Shown piece after piece: positions 23,301 to 36,200 of a stretch of DNA of 64,000 bases. How positions within the stretch are numbered: position 1 is the stretch's first letter; each line of letters opens with the position of its first letter. A model generated the notes under the pieces. That model saw nothing but the letters and a program-made list of their open reading frames with translations, ran no database searches and was not told where the DNA came from. The position numbers and the translations under genes were made by a program. Origin of the DNA: Balanoglossus misakiensis (Eukaryota > Animalia > Hemichordata); assembly GCA_040954595.2 (NCBI GenBank), contig CM082582.2, forward strand, positions 4,262,303 to 4,326,302, read 5' to 3'.

Positions 23301-25252
23301 GTTGTTTCATTTGTTGAGCTTATTTGACAATCTGAGATGGTCCCTAAGTTGAATTATTTTTATCATTTTCTTATTTCTTCACTCCAGAGGGGCTGGTCCA
23401 GGCTGTAACACAAAAGAAATTTCTGACAAACTAGCCGTTTTGAAGAGGGAACTTAATGACCTTGATGCCAGGGAAGCAGAACTCGATCAACAAAGACTAT
23501 GGGTACAGCAGAGTATAAAAAATGTCACAGATGATCAAGAAAACCATAGATATCCTTTTATAAACAGGGTCTGCCAGATTGTATGAGTTAAGGACACAAC
23601 CCCAGGACTCATCTACACCATTGAAACATCCTTAATTTTGGGATGCGGATTTTGCATAAAGGACGTTTTGTGCACAGACGGGCTTGCTTCAGAAATTGGT
23701 GCAGTGGGTCTGGGTTTGACTTTAATGTAAAATACAAGTTGATTATGTCTGTCTTCATCAAGTTTTGGTGCGAGTTTGGAGTAAGTTCTTTTTTAAAGAC
23801 ATGATTTCGCTTTCATTGGAAACACAGTTCCTTGACAGTCTTTACAGTAGCGTATGTCACACATGAGGACATCTGCAGGTGTTTCCGTGGCGATACATTG
23901 TTAGCTGTACAAGCCCCATCGGGGACACAACTAGAAGTTCCAGTTCCAGAGCTGGTAATTGACATCAAACACAATCAGATTTTCTATCTCAAATGATCAT
24001 GGCAGTGTAAAGAGTTTTGGCTGATATCATTTAATTGCTATGCAGTCGGCCTTGCAAGTTAATGTCTCTTGTTTTCAAAGTCATGAAACTGGACAAATGT
24101 AGTCGTGATTTCAACAATAGGGTTGTGATTGGCAATCACGCCAACGTTTTTCAGTATTTTAACTTCCATAAGTATTTTAAGTATCTCAGTAATGTAATTT
24201 CTATCAGTAAATAACTTAAAGTTGACTGTATTTCTTTACTAGGGTACCAACCAACAGAAGAGATATCAGATTCACCTTAAGAGCTACAATGGGCCCATAT
24301 ATGTCCTCCTTGTCAACAAAGACACAACAAGTAATAGTCCAGTGGTAGTACCAGTACCACCGCCGAACCTCAACCAAACTCCAGCTGCCAACCAGGGACT
24401 GCCAACCGCAAAGACGGATACTTCAACACCAAACGCATCTGTGCCACTTGCCAGCAAACTAGTCCCAGCCACCGTTGTGGAAAGCAGTCTAGCATCATCG
24501 GTTGCGACAGCAATTCCAGAAACTCTGAAGAAGTTAGAAATCTCATCTTCCTCAGGTGAGTCTGTTGATCATGTTCATTTGGACTGAAAAATAGTTTGAA
24601 ATTTATAGGCAGTTACCAGAGAATGATACTTGTTATTGTTTTGAGTGCTTATTTGCATCATGTCAATGTAACGACATACGAACACTGACTGATTGCTTCT
24701 AGGTGGTGGTGTGGATGGTCTGAATGATGTTCCAAGTGACATTTTGTTTGATCCTTCCAAAGATGCAACTATGGATGGAGAATTCATTGATGAACTCATC
24801 TCATCAGAAAGTAAGTCACTTGATCTCTCAATGTGGCCCATATCTGTTCTTTTATCTCTTTCTGAATTGGCCTTGTGAAAAGAAAGTCTGAACACTTTGG
24901 CCTTGCAAATCTGAACAACTTTAGGCTAAGGGGACAAAATGATTATGTTTCATGTGTGAAAGCTTTCTCTTTGACAAGCTCTCCATCAACACAGCCTGCA
25001 GTTACAATGTAACCTTTTAAAATGTGTACTTTTTGGCTCTTGTGCACAGATTTCAATTTATAGACTAAGATATACCACTCATTCTGGAGAAAACCATCAA
25101 TGCGAAAGATGAGGATTTGATTTTGTTTCTTGTTCTTTTCAGTGTTTGCGCCGTTACTGCGGTTATCTCCACCCCCGGGAGACCATGACTACTACTTCAA
25201 TTTAGACGATAGTGAGGGAGTGTGTGATCTCTTTGATGTACCTACACTGTGA
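20362..25252 (+). CDS. E2F4: E2F4/5-type transcription factor, 7 exons, about 340 aa
   Basis: Exons 20362-20472, 22826-22935, 23388-23549, 23846-23954, 24243-24555, 24703-24810, 25143-25252 (1023 nt). Motifs: [69 protein letters not shown], and the C-terminal pocket-protein-binding [31 protein letters not shown]. Likely co-orthologue of vertebrate E2F4 and E2F5. Confidence 0.96.
23550..23845 (+). other. U12-type (minor spliceosome) AT-AC intron in E2F4/5
   Basis: 5' site ATATCCTTTT, branch point TTCCTTGAC at 23828-23836, and AC acceptor 9 nt later. Removing it restores [12 protein letters not shown] in frame. Confidence 0.93.
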
Positions 25253-25713
25253 GCAGATCAACATGAGACCTGGTTATCCGAAGTCAGTGTATTCACAGGA
25301 GTATATTGATACAGCAAGTTTGTGGAATGTGTCTGAACTGACAGGTTGGACAGTGGTTTCCTGTGCAAGTGCTGGATTAGACAAAAACCTACAGAAGCTA
25401 GCACCTCTGCAAATACAGGATGGAATATGGCCAACAAATGTTCCCACATCCTGATTGTTGCGTCAACTGTAACAAGTTGAAGGGTGCTTCTTTTCGGCGA
25501 GAATTGATACGACAGCTACAGAAGACTTTGCATTTGTAAATAGAATATGTTGTAGATTATACCGAAGTTTTTTCTATCGGCAGTCATCAGCTTTGGGTGG
25601 TATTTTGGATGTGTTTGTTTCATTAACAGAGTTTGGTGTTTATAGTGTTTATTTTGTGGTACCCTGCAAGATCTAGCATCCTAACACTGCCCATAACACG
25701 TAAGTTGGCAATT

Positions 25714-25871
25714 TACTGTAAAACGAGAAATTTTCGCAAACGAGAATTTTTTGCGAACTACGCGAGAGCCCCCAAAACGCGAAAATAAAAAAGACACATA
25801 AAAATGTTTTTCGGAGGTAATGATGCAGTGAATTACGAGAACGCGAAAATTAATAGCCGTGTTTGACAGTA
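25714..25871. mobile_element. MITE copy (same family as 9038-9193) in the probable E2F4/5 3' UTR
   Basis: TACTGTAAAAC...TTTGACAGTA termini and shared internal blocks. Confidence 0.65.
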
Positions 25872-26626
25872 TCTTATGATTGTGTGTCATGCTGTGTGTC
25901 CAGTTTTATGGACAACACAGAACATTCCTGTAAGAAATTGGCTTGCGTGGAACTGGAAATATTGAGTTGTTCCGAACAAAGAGCATGCAGGAACTGGATG
26001 ATACAAATAGCTCTGAATCTCTGGAAATCATGTTGTCATATACTTCATATGTTATGTACAGTAGTTTATATTTTCATGTCATGTGGTTTTCGTGATTTCA
26101 GCTTCTCATGATATAGTGAGGCACAACATTTTATAATGTCATTCGTAACGGCACTTTGTAATTTATGAATGACACTTACATATATTCCTTGTATAAATAT
26201 TAACATTCCAATCAACTGATACCAAGAGTTGGTCCCATAAAAAGCATTGTACATGTGCATGCACAAATAGGTCCATTTTCAGGTAAATTGTTCTTAAATT
26301 TCACATCCTTGTTGGGTGCTGCACTAATGTACCCGCGAATACTTTGCTGGATTTTTGTAATAGTGTCCCGAACTTCATGCAATGTATGGCCTTAGTTACT
26401 TTGATTTATGTTTGTTGGGAAAGGTTTTGTACATATATATATATATAGTATACATGTATACTGAGTATAATTGTGTGTGTGTGTGTGCGTGCGTGTGTGT
26501 TATTCAAGGTTGTGTGAATGGCAACGGTATATTTGCTTTTATTAAGAATTAGCAGGGTGTGGCTCTTACATGCAATGCATATGAAATGTGCTGCTTTGTT
26601 TGAGTCCTCATAAACTCAATCATTAA

Positions 26627-26810
26627 AGGTATACAGTCACCTCCAATTTACATATGCCCATATATAGCTGAAATGGCGTATTTGTGCGTTCTAAGGAACA
26701 TATGGTGGCGCTCTTTTTTTGCGTGTGCCACCCACTGAAAATCTGTGATTGGCTAGATCTCTATTTGCCGTGGTAACTATAGATAATTTTCCATGGGTGA
26801 CTGTATACCT
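26627..26810. mobile_element. MITE with TTAA target duplication (Kolobok/piggyBac-like)
   Basis: TTAA-AGGTATACAGTCACC ... GGTGACTGTATACCT-TTAA: perfect 15-bp terminal inverted repeats. Confidence 0.85.
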
Positions 26811-28495
26811 TTAAAGTAGTAGAAACACATTGACTTGCCAACGTTTGATTAGACAGCATAGAATGATTGTCTGCCTTTACTCAGGCCTTGGAGTTTCCCT
26901 AGGAAGATGAAATTCCCTCAAGACGACACTTGTATGTTGTTATCCTCATGTCCAATCAATATGTGGGGTTTCAAGAACACAAGACTCAGTTGTGTGTTCT
27001 GATTAAAGGTGATCATTTTTATGACTTTTCTGTAATTCATGAGTTCCGAGTTCTTTATGATGAAGAAAGTTTGTACGACTTTTGCCACTTGGTGGCGTTC
27101 TCAATGGGATCAGGCCACTTTCGGTCATGAATGTGTCAATATTAATATTGCGGTATCATCCACCAAGCAAGTTCCTGAACTTAGAAAAATTGTTCGTAAA
27201 GAGAAATAACAGTACAGTAATCCAGGTTGGCATGAACAAGGGTGGGGGAAGATATAGGCCCCGTCTAGATAAAACACTGAAGTGGTTAATTTCAGTAACT
27301 TGGAACTCACGAATTGACATGCCATTTATGGATACTTTGTGAAAGTATTGAACTGTAAACTCTACTTGGGCGATCTACAGAATGTGACTGTGTTGTTACA
27401 ACTGAAAGCTGATTTGTTGAAAATGTCATCTGCTGATATCCTTTGAATCATATTACAAGAACTACTCAACAATTTTTGACCAATTTAAATTTGTTCAACA
27501 CTCTGGGGTGAAATCTTCAGTCTGTCGTCATGGCTTTTTCAAAATTGGCAAAGTCATTCCACAAATATATAATCTGTTGAAACGTGGAATTTTGTTCTGC
27601 CCTTTATAAGGCATACTGCCACTGAAGGCCTGTTAGCTCTCTTTGCTGTTGCATGGTGTCGTATTTCAGAGAGTTGTGTTTCAGAATTGCCCTGCTGTGT
27701 ATATCAATCTGTGCTATGTACAAAGTGTTTAAAAGCAAGGCTCACCTGAAGGTATATTTATGAAATATACTGTGTTTCTGTTAACATTTTTCATTAAAAT
27801 CTGTACAGTAGAAAAAAAAAGAGAAAAAAATGTATGTACCAATCTATTAGTTTTGTACTCCGAAATTAGTCACTTTCTGTTTGAAGAAATATTCATTAAT
27901 CACGGTGACAAATAAACTTTGTATTCAGAAGAAATATTACATTTTGTGGGATTGATTATGTTAAGAAATACTGAGATAGAAGTGTACAAAAGTGCCCTGG
28001 CTGTGAAATTCTGGTATCAAAATAACACCGAACAATGCTAGCGATATGAGTTTCAAGGTGATGACATCCGCCATCCTGGCACAGGTTTAAAGTTCATTTC
28101 TTATGTTACAAGTCATAAAATAACTCAATTTAAGGAGACTGTGGTCGAGCCAACAACCTGACAGCTGTGCGAGAGGATGATGCGTCTTTAATATTGGAAT
28201 ATGAATTGGCCACAGAAGTATCACAGCACCATATTGTTCCTTGGTCTAAAATAAGAAACTAGTAATAAAAATCAGAGATATATTCATGAAAAAGCGAAAA
28301 CTGTTGCACCAATATGTTGAACAGAATAAAAAGTGTCCAATGTATTTTCGTACGTAGTTGTCTTTGCATCCTTTTACGTCATTGGTATCTTCAGTTTTTT
28401 ATTTTGGCCATTTTTTTAAGTTCCACTAAATCCCTTCTCTCCCAGGCCTGGGTTCCCGGCCCCTCCCTGGCCCTGCAGCACAGCACGCGCACGGG

Positions 28496-28509
28496 GTTGC
28501 CTAGGCAAC
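28496..28509. promoter_or_regulatory. RFX X-box upstream of the polycystin-1-like gene
   Basis: Perfect palindrome GTTGCCTAGGCAAC in a GC-rich patch about 280 bp upstream of the predicted ATG. Confidence 0.65.
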
Positions 28510-28788
28510 AGTTTGCGTTACCCATCGGTCCCTCTGACAGTTCAGCTGAGCTGGTCGTCGCGTCGGTCATATGGATGTTGTGATAGTTCTGACACAGACG
28601 GCAAATGGGAGTCGATTATGCGGCCTGTTGGATGAAACGAGGAGACTCAGTCGTAGACAGTACAACAAGAAATCAACACAACCAACGTACGTTAGCGAGA
28701 AATAGTTCGACGGGAAGCTAATAATGGCTCACTAGTACAGTACAGTACACTACCGAGTTTGTTGACGACGACAGCTACTACAGCTGGC

Positions 28789-30090
28789 ATGGAATCTCGA
28801 CTTCGATCAGGGGTGCTTTCCTGGTGGTTAGTGGTGACCATAAAATGGTTAGCCATGAGTCCCGAACCAAGTTACTGTAAGTTCATTAAGTTTATCCTAA
28901 AATGTTGATTTGTTAGATCTTACATGAGAAGCTTTTTGTTATTTAAAACGGCTGTAGGAGAGAGACACATTCACTGAGGCTTCGCGCCTTTTAGTCGGAA
29001 GCGGACGACACAGGCAGCAAAGTTATCGTCTGCAAATATTTTGACTATTTATTTTGGCCTCTGATGTTGGCTGCGTCGTGTTCATTTGATGTTATTTGTT
29101 AGAGCACAGGTTCTGGTGCCTTTTAGTTGTCATGCTAACGCAAAAACAGTAAGGATAATATCCTAGGTGTTGGAAATGAGTTTTTTTTTCAACGGGCCCA
29201 TGATCGTGCGACATCATGACTGCAGTAAAGTCGTCTGGAGTAGGAAGACTCTGCAGACAAACCCAACAAAAAACCCTGGCGTGGAACCGTCAAGGCGACG
29301 TAGCAGACAAATCACTTTTCAGCTTCAATTTTGAACAGAATACTCGTAAAATTACCCCATTAAACTGTCAGCAATTAATTAAAATATTCCGTATTTTCCT
29401 TGAAATAATATCACCTCGACGGATGGAATCACCTGGCCTGCAGCCCTCTCAGTCTAAGCCCATGCAAAGGTATAGGGCCGCTGAAATCGTCAAATTCAAT
29501 ATTGATTCAAATCTTTTGAAAATTATGTTTGTTAGAGGGCACACTGTGTAGCAAAGAATACATCCCGTTCAGGTTGACTTCTTGTTGAAATTTTGTGTAC
29601 TAATATAAGGCGTGAAGACGCTTCGTTTCATAGGTAAGATTAAGAAGCTATCCGATGTAAAACTGTCACTCACTGTGTTTAAAATTGAAGTTGAAGTTGA
29701 AAAGTGGATTTCGAGTTTTGTCTACTACGTTTTATGCCAGTGTTTTGTCTGTTGGGTTTCGTCAGCCAACAAATAATTTTTGTTCCAGCCTGTGCATATT
29801 TCCATATGGTAGTCACAACTCTTGGTATTTACTGGCAGAAAGGAAAAGCTTTATTGTGTTAGCTATAAAGAATCACATGAGGGTTAGACAAACACCCTGA
29901 CTGGCTTGAAAAAAAAAACTTGTTTGCTAGGGCAGACTGCACATGATCCGTATCTGCAACTAGCTCTCTGTGGATGTGATGTGATGTCCAATGACACTTA
30001 CTACAGAATTATTTTTATTTTTAGGTGAACTCCAGACTGGTAAGTTATCAACTGTTTACATTATGCAAGTAATCAGTTTTCTATCAGTGT

Positions 30091-30176
<86 letters not shown>

Positions 30177-30186
30177 ATGATCATCA

Positions 30187-30230
<44 letters not shown>

Positions 30231-33200
30231 TCATCATCATCATCAACAACAACAAAAAAAAAAAACGAAACATAATTTCTCTGTTCCCTGTGCAACCACT
30301 ACATTCATTATACAGTCAAACCTGTCTATAGTGACCAGTCAAGGGACTTTACCAAACTGGCCTTTATAGACAGGTGGTCTTTATAGACAGGTTAATTTAT
30401 ACACATGTAAATTGTACAGGGACTGTAGCTAAGTGGCCACTATATAGAGGTGGTCACTATATAGAGGTGGTCACTAACACAGGTTTGACTGTATTACTGT
30501 CTGGGAGCACATTGACATCATTTTTGATATATAGCCTCCATTAACTCTCTAACATAAAATAACAAACAAATGTACAATGTAATGGTTCGGTAAATTATGT
30601 CATATAAATTTTGAGAATATTTGCAAGTTATAGATGTTTGCTCTAGTTAGTTTTGGCAGATAACAAGTCTGAATTCAGTGACAACAAATTAGCCAAATGT
30701 TAGGGATTATTCGGTCATTATATGTTCAACTATTTTCCCCAAACCCAGTTTGATTGTTTTTTGTGCTATTTGCGCAACAGGATAGATATAGCAACCATTG
30801 AAGCTAACACAGTACATTTAATAACAAATTTGTCAAAAGACAGTACATTTAATAACAAATTTATCAAAAGAGAGTATTGACACTCAAATCTATGAATGAG
30901 AGTAACATTTTCCACATACATTTCTTCAGGAATTCACCAATGTTACATTTTAACTGTGATTCTTGCATATTTCAGAACTACATGTATTGAATACAGGACC
31001 CAAGAAGATTGGAGATGATGTCACATTCCTGATATTCACCAAAAACAGTGTACCATCAACTCCGTTTGAAATAGACTTTGGTGATGATTCAACTCCTGTA
31101 GAGTTTCCTTTACCTATTGAGAGCTCAGACATCAGTGGTTATTTAATGAGCTGGATGGAGCTGACATTCGACCCAAGGGAGTTCCAGAAAGTAGTTATTG
31201 CTCATTCCTACAGCGAGAGTGGCACATACACAGCAACTGTTACTGGGAATGGTCTCTTTGCAGAGACCGATGTTTTCATCGATAACGTATTCTGTCTCCC
31301 ACCTGTTGTTGAAATCAAAGGAGGAGGCTTGAATTATCCAACTGCTGCCACCTATGCAAAGTATGCTCGTTTCAAGCTATCTGCTTATGTCTTTTCCGAC
31401 TGTGAGTTCCGGAAAGACATCACTTACCGATGGAAAGTTTTCAGTGTTACTGCCGAAGATTCGCCATTGACTACTACCTACCGTCTGCAAGTCGGAAAAA
31501 GACTCAGAGAAATCATTGTACCTGATCATTCCCTAGTTTATGGTCATTACGTTTTTCAACTGACAACATCGGTTATTGACAACAATGATAGACTTTGGAC
31601 AAACTTGCAAAATACATGGATTGAAATCATCCCATCTAAATTAGAGCCAAGTATTATCGGTGGCTCATATAGGACAACAGGTAGGTTTTTCTTCAGCTAT
31701 CCCTTAAATGTATAGAACATTATGATGGCGTCAAAATTTATATAATGCAACTTGTGCATTTCCAATTCAGACTTTCTGTATAAAAAAAATCCATGGCTTT
31801 CATTCCATTTTGCTGACAAGATGACATTGTTTAACTGGCTGATTTGACATTCTATCTGCTTATTCCTTAATATTCTAAAGTCAACATTTCTTAGCATAAT
31901 ACCACTTGTACTTTTTGCAGGGCGGATTTCCACTGTAATTATTGATGCATCTGAATCCAAGGACCCTGATTTTACAGATCAGCACGAAGGCTTATCTTTT
32001 CACTGGTTGTGCAAACTGCCAAGTGAAACTTTCCCGGAAGCTTTGAATCTTACACAGTTCTCGACTTCAGGCAAGTTGGTGCATGATATTTACACCTAAT
32101 AAACGTAGTTGCCTGATTATAATGTTTAAGGAAATATTGAAGCATTCAAATGGCTAGGCAATAGCTAGTTGCTAAGGAAAAAATTGAACAGACACATCTT
32201 TTGCTTTTATTTACAAATGTGCATAAAATCCTGAGTGGTAAATGTGCACAACGTCCTGATATTTTGAAATTTGAAATAGAAGGTACATTGATTAGGCTTT
32301 TTGTACAAGATGACATTTTTTTTGAAGGGATGAATGATTATCCACTCTTAGTGAGCACTATAATGATGTGACATAATCATTCGTTGTGTAGGTGGCTGCT
32401 TTAGTCAAGGAATGTACCTGAGTGAGCACTATAACAATGTAACATGGGTGTTGCAGACTGCTACCTTGCAACCTAACATGACATACGTCATCCGTCTGTG
32501 GTTATCAAAACCTGGAAGAGAAGATGCTTTTGTAGATCAAGCTATCCGTGTTCTCTCTAGCCAGCCACCAAATATTCTACTCACGTTAGTATCAACTTTT
32601 AAGCCTCTTACTTTTGTTATTTTCATGTTATTGTGTATGCATACATTTTGCCCACTATCAGGAAATCAGAAACTGCAATGAAGCAATCATGTCATTTTTT
32701 GAGGAACTGCAGGGTTTACACCAAGGGCCAGCCCAGCAGCACTGCCATTTCATCTTCCATTAGTCTGCCATACATTCTTTAAATAAAAATTTGGACAGCA
32801 TAAAACAACTTGTATCCAAATTTCAGAGTCAAAATATTTTTGACTTTGTGATTCATTTGTCTGATGTGTTCTTTTTCAAAAGATGTGTAAACAATTGCGA
32901 TAAAGACTTGAATCCTTCGAGAAGATTTCTTCTAAATGGACAGTGCACTGATTGTACAAGGACTGAACGACCCACATATAGATGGTATCTGAAGTCAAGT
33001 GAGCTCAACACCAAACAGACACTTCACTGGACCAATGAAACTACAACTGGTAGAGATGGCCCTAATATGGTAATCAATTCTGGAGTGTTTGAAACCACAA
33101 AACCAGAATATTACACTATTGGAATAAGAGGTAATATAAGCTAAAAAATCTTAATTAATGTAGATTTTACCTCAAAAGCCATATTCTGGATCTTTTTCTT

Positions 33201-36200
33201 GAGGTAATTTTAGGTTATTCTCTCAAAATTAAGAATAAATATTGGGGATCACTGCACAAACTTTTGAATGAGAGAGAAAATTTTCTCAAATTTGAAATTC
33301 CTATCTTGTATATAAATAACACCTTCACTAATTAGAACACACCTTGTCCGAAAAGCAGACCAATGTATCATTTTTTTTGCATATGACTAAACTAGATTTC
33401 GTTGATAGTTATTGCCTGTAACTGCAATGTTAAACAGCAGCAACAAGTCGCATTGTTTCATTGCACTCTAATATCTCCCATTTTATATTGTATACTTTTT
33501 GTCCTCTACAGTAACAAGCACTGATGGATTAAGTGCAGTGGCTGAGTACAACTTCAGAATAAACCCACCATCAGTTGCTACTTGTGATGTCACTCCTTCA
33601 GAGGGAACAGTCTTTACAACCATGTTCACTCTTGTATGCTCCGGCTTTGTGGTTACAACTGATTACAGTGTCACTGGTAGGTATTCAAGTTTTGGCGTTC
33701 GCACAATTTGGCTTAATTGTTTGTGTCCATACAGTGTCTTTGAGAGTCAATACTGTACACAAGGAAACCAAACCAGTCAAATTTCAAAACACAAGGATAG
33801 CACTTGGGGCAATAAGAGTATTCCGGTTATCCATATTTAACAGCCCAAAGTTCACATGCTGTGGGCACAAAAAATCAGCAATCCAAGCAGACCCTTGGGT
33901 TTACTAAAACCACTGAATCTCAGAGAGAGAGAGGGGTAGGGTATGGGGGAAGGGTCGTAAGCATCTATCACTTGAATACCTAGGTAAATTCTGATCATAA
34001 TAATAAAACTTTATTGTCAACAAGTGTTGAAAATTCTCTTCAGCTCATCAACAACATTGAAAATATAGAAAAAAATATAAAGCTAACAATCACATGTAGG
34101 TTGGAAAAACTCCATGCGCTGAAAAAACTCTAGTGATTTGCTAGCTGCTAGGGCAGACCCACAAGACCCGTACCTGAAACTAGTTCATGTGATGCACAAA
34201 TCCACTGTGACATACTACAAAATTTCTTTTTTTTTCTAGTAAGTGTCTCAACCTCTTTGGGAGAGTGGAGTGCCTGGCCAGACTGCCCAGTGACATGTGG
34301 TCTTGCATTTCATCACAGGAGTCGCAAGTGTAACATCCCACCACCTTCAGAATTTGACCTCATTTGTACAAGTGATGACTACATCCAGACGAAAGCTTGC
34401 ATTAATACAACTTGTGCTAGTAAGTTAGCAACTGTTTACATTTTCTCTGGTTAATTTTGGTGGATAACCAGGTCTGAATTCAGTGTCAAGAACGTACTAG
34501 GGATTTTTTAGTCGTTATATGGTCAAATATTTTCCCAGAACCCGGTTTTGTGTATATTGCGCTACATGTATTTGCACAATAAGACAGAAGCAACCGTTGA
34601 TGCTAACTCAGTACATTTAATAACAAATTTGTCAAAAGAGAGTTACTGACACTCAAATCTATGAATGAGAATAACATTTTGCAAATATATTTCTGCACCA
34701 TTACATTTTAACTGTGATTCTTGCATATTTCAGAACTACATGTATTGAATACAGGACCCAAGAAGATAGGAGATGATGTCGCATTCCTGATTTTCACCAA
34801 AAACAGTGTACCATCAACTCCGTTTGAAATAGACTTTGGTGATGATTCAACTCCTGTGGAATTTCCTTTACCTATTGAGAGCTCAGACATCAGTGGCTAT
34901 TTAACTAGCTGGATGGAGCTGACATTCGACCCAAGGCAATTCCAGAAAGTAGTTATTGCTCATTCCTACAGCGAGAGTGGCACGTACACAGCAATTGTTA
35001 CTGGGAATGGTCTCTTTGCAGAGTCAGATGTCTTCATCAACAACATATTCTGTCGCCTACCTGTTGTTGAAATCAAAGGAGGAGGCTCTAATTATTCAAC
35101 TGCTACAACCTATCCAAAGTATGATCGTTTCATGCTATCTACTTATGTCATTACCGACTGTCAGTTTCGGAAAGGTATTGTTTACCGATGGCAAATTTTC
35201 AATGTTACTACCGAAGATTCACCATTAACTGATGTCTATCATCTGCAAGTGCGACGAACACTCAGAGATATCCTTGTACCTGGCTATTCCCTGGATTACG
35301 GTCATTACGTTTTCAAACTGACAACATCGGTAATTGACACTAATGGTAGACATTGGTCGAACTCGGACGAGACATGGATCGAAATCATTCAATCTGAATT
35401 AATGCCAAGTATTAGCGGTGGCTCATTTAGGACAACAGGTGAGTTTTTGTTAAGCTGTCATTTAAAGGGAAGTTCTTGTACCATAAAGCGATGCGATTGC
35501 ATGCGAGGGTGTCCCCCTTGGTTAACACATTTCCCGGAACGCCTCATTAATCTCTGCAAAATAAAAATGGTTGCTATGGATGATAGCTCAGAGAGTTTCA
35601 CTGAAAGTACAGTTTCAACTATAATGGTGACCAGGTTGTGTTTGTGCGAGAGGGTGGTTTCAGCAAGACTGACATGAGACGACATTATGATTAGTACTAG
35701 CTTTTCATCCCATTTTGCCAACAAGATGAAATTCTATCTAATATGTTTATAATTGGCTGATTTAAAATTCAATCTCTGTAATATGTTAAAGTCAACATAT
35801 CCATAATACCAACTTGTTTCTTTTGCAGGGTGGAATTCAAATTTAATTATTGATGCATCTGAATCCAAGAACCCTGATTTTACAGATCAGCTCGAAGGCT
35901 TATCTTTTCACTGGTTGTGCAAACTGCCAAATGAAACTTTCCCAGAAGCTCTGAATCTTGCACAGTTCTCGGCTTCAGGTGAGTTGATGCATGATATTTA
36001 CACTAATTAACGTAGTTGCCTGGTTATAAAGTTGAAGCATTCAAATGGCTAAGCAACAGTTGAAACACCTGAGTGGTAAATGTGCATAGCTGACTTCCTG
36101 ACATTTTGAGTTTTAAAATAGGAGTTACATTGATCAGGCTTTTTGTACAAAATGACATTGTTTTTAAGAGACGAATAATTATCAATTCTGTTATGATGAA

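Noticed and set aside
25714-25871. CGCGAAAA motifs as E2F autoregulatory sites
   Set aside because: They are intrinsic to a MITE family also found at 9038-9193, lie 3' of the gene, and match the E2F consensus only partly.
29991-30275. Poly-histidine ORF
   Set aside because: It is the translation of an intronic (CAT)n microsatellite read through a splice donor.
30395-30480. Short tandem units as a CRISPR-like array
   Set aside because: No unique spacers or cas genes; they are internal repeats of a TA-flanked MITE in a eukaryotic intron.
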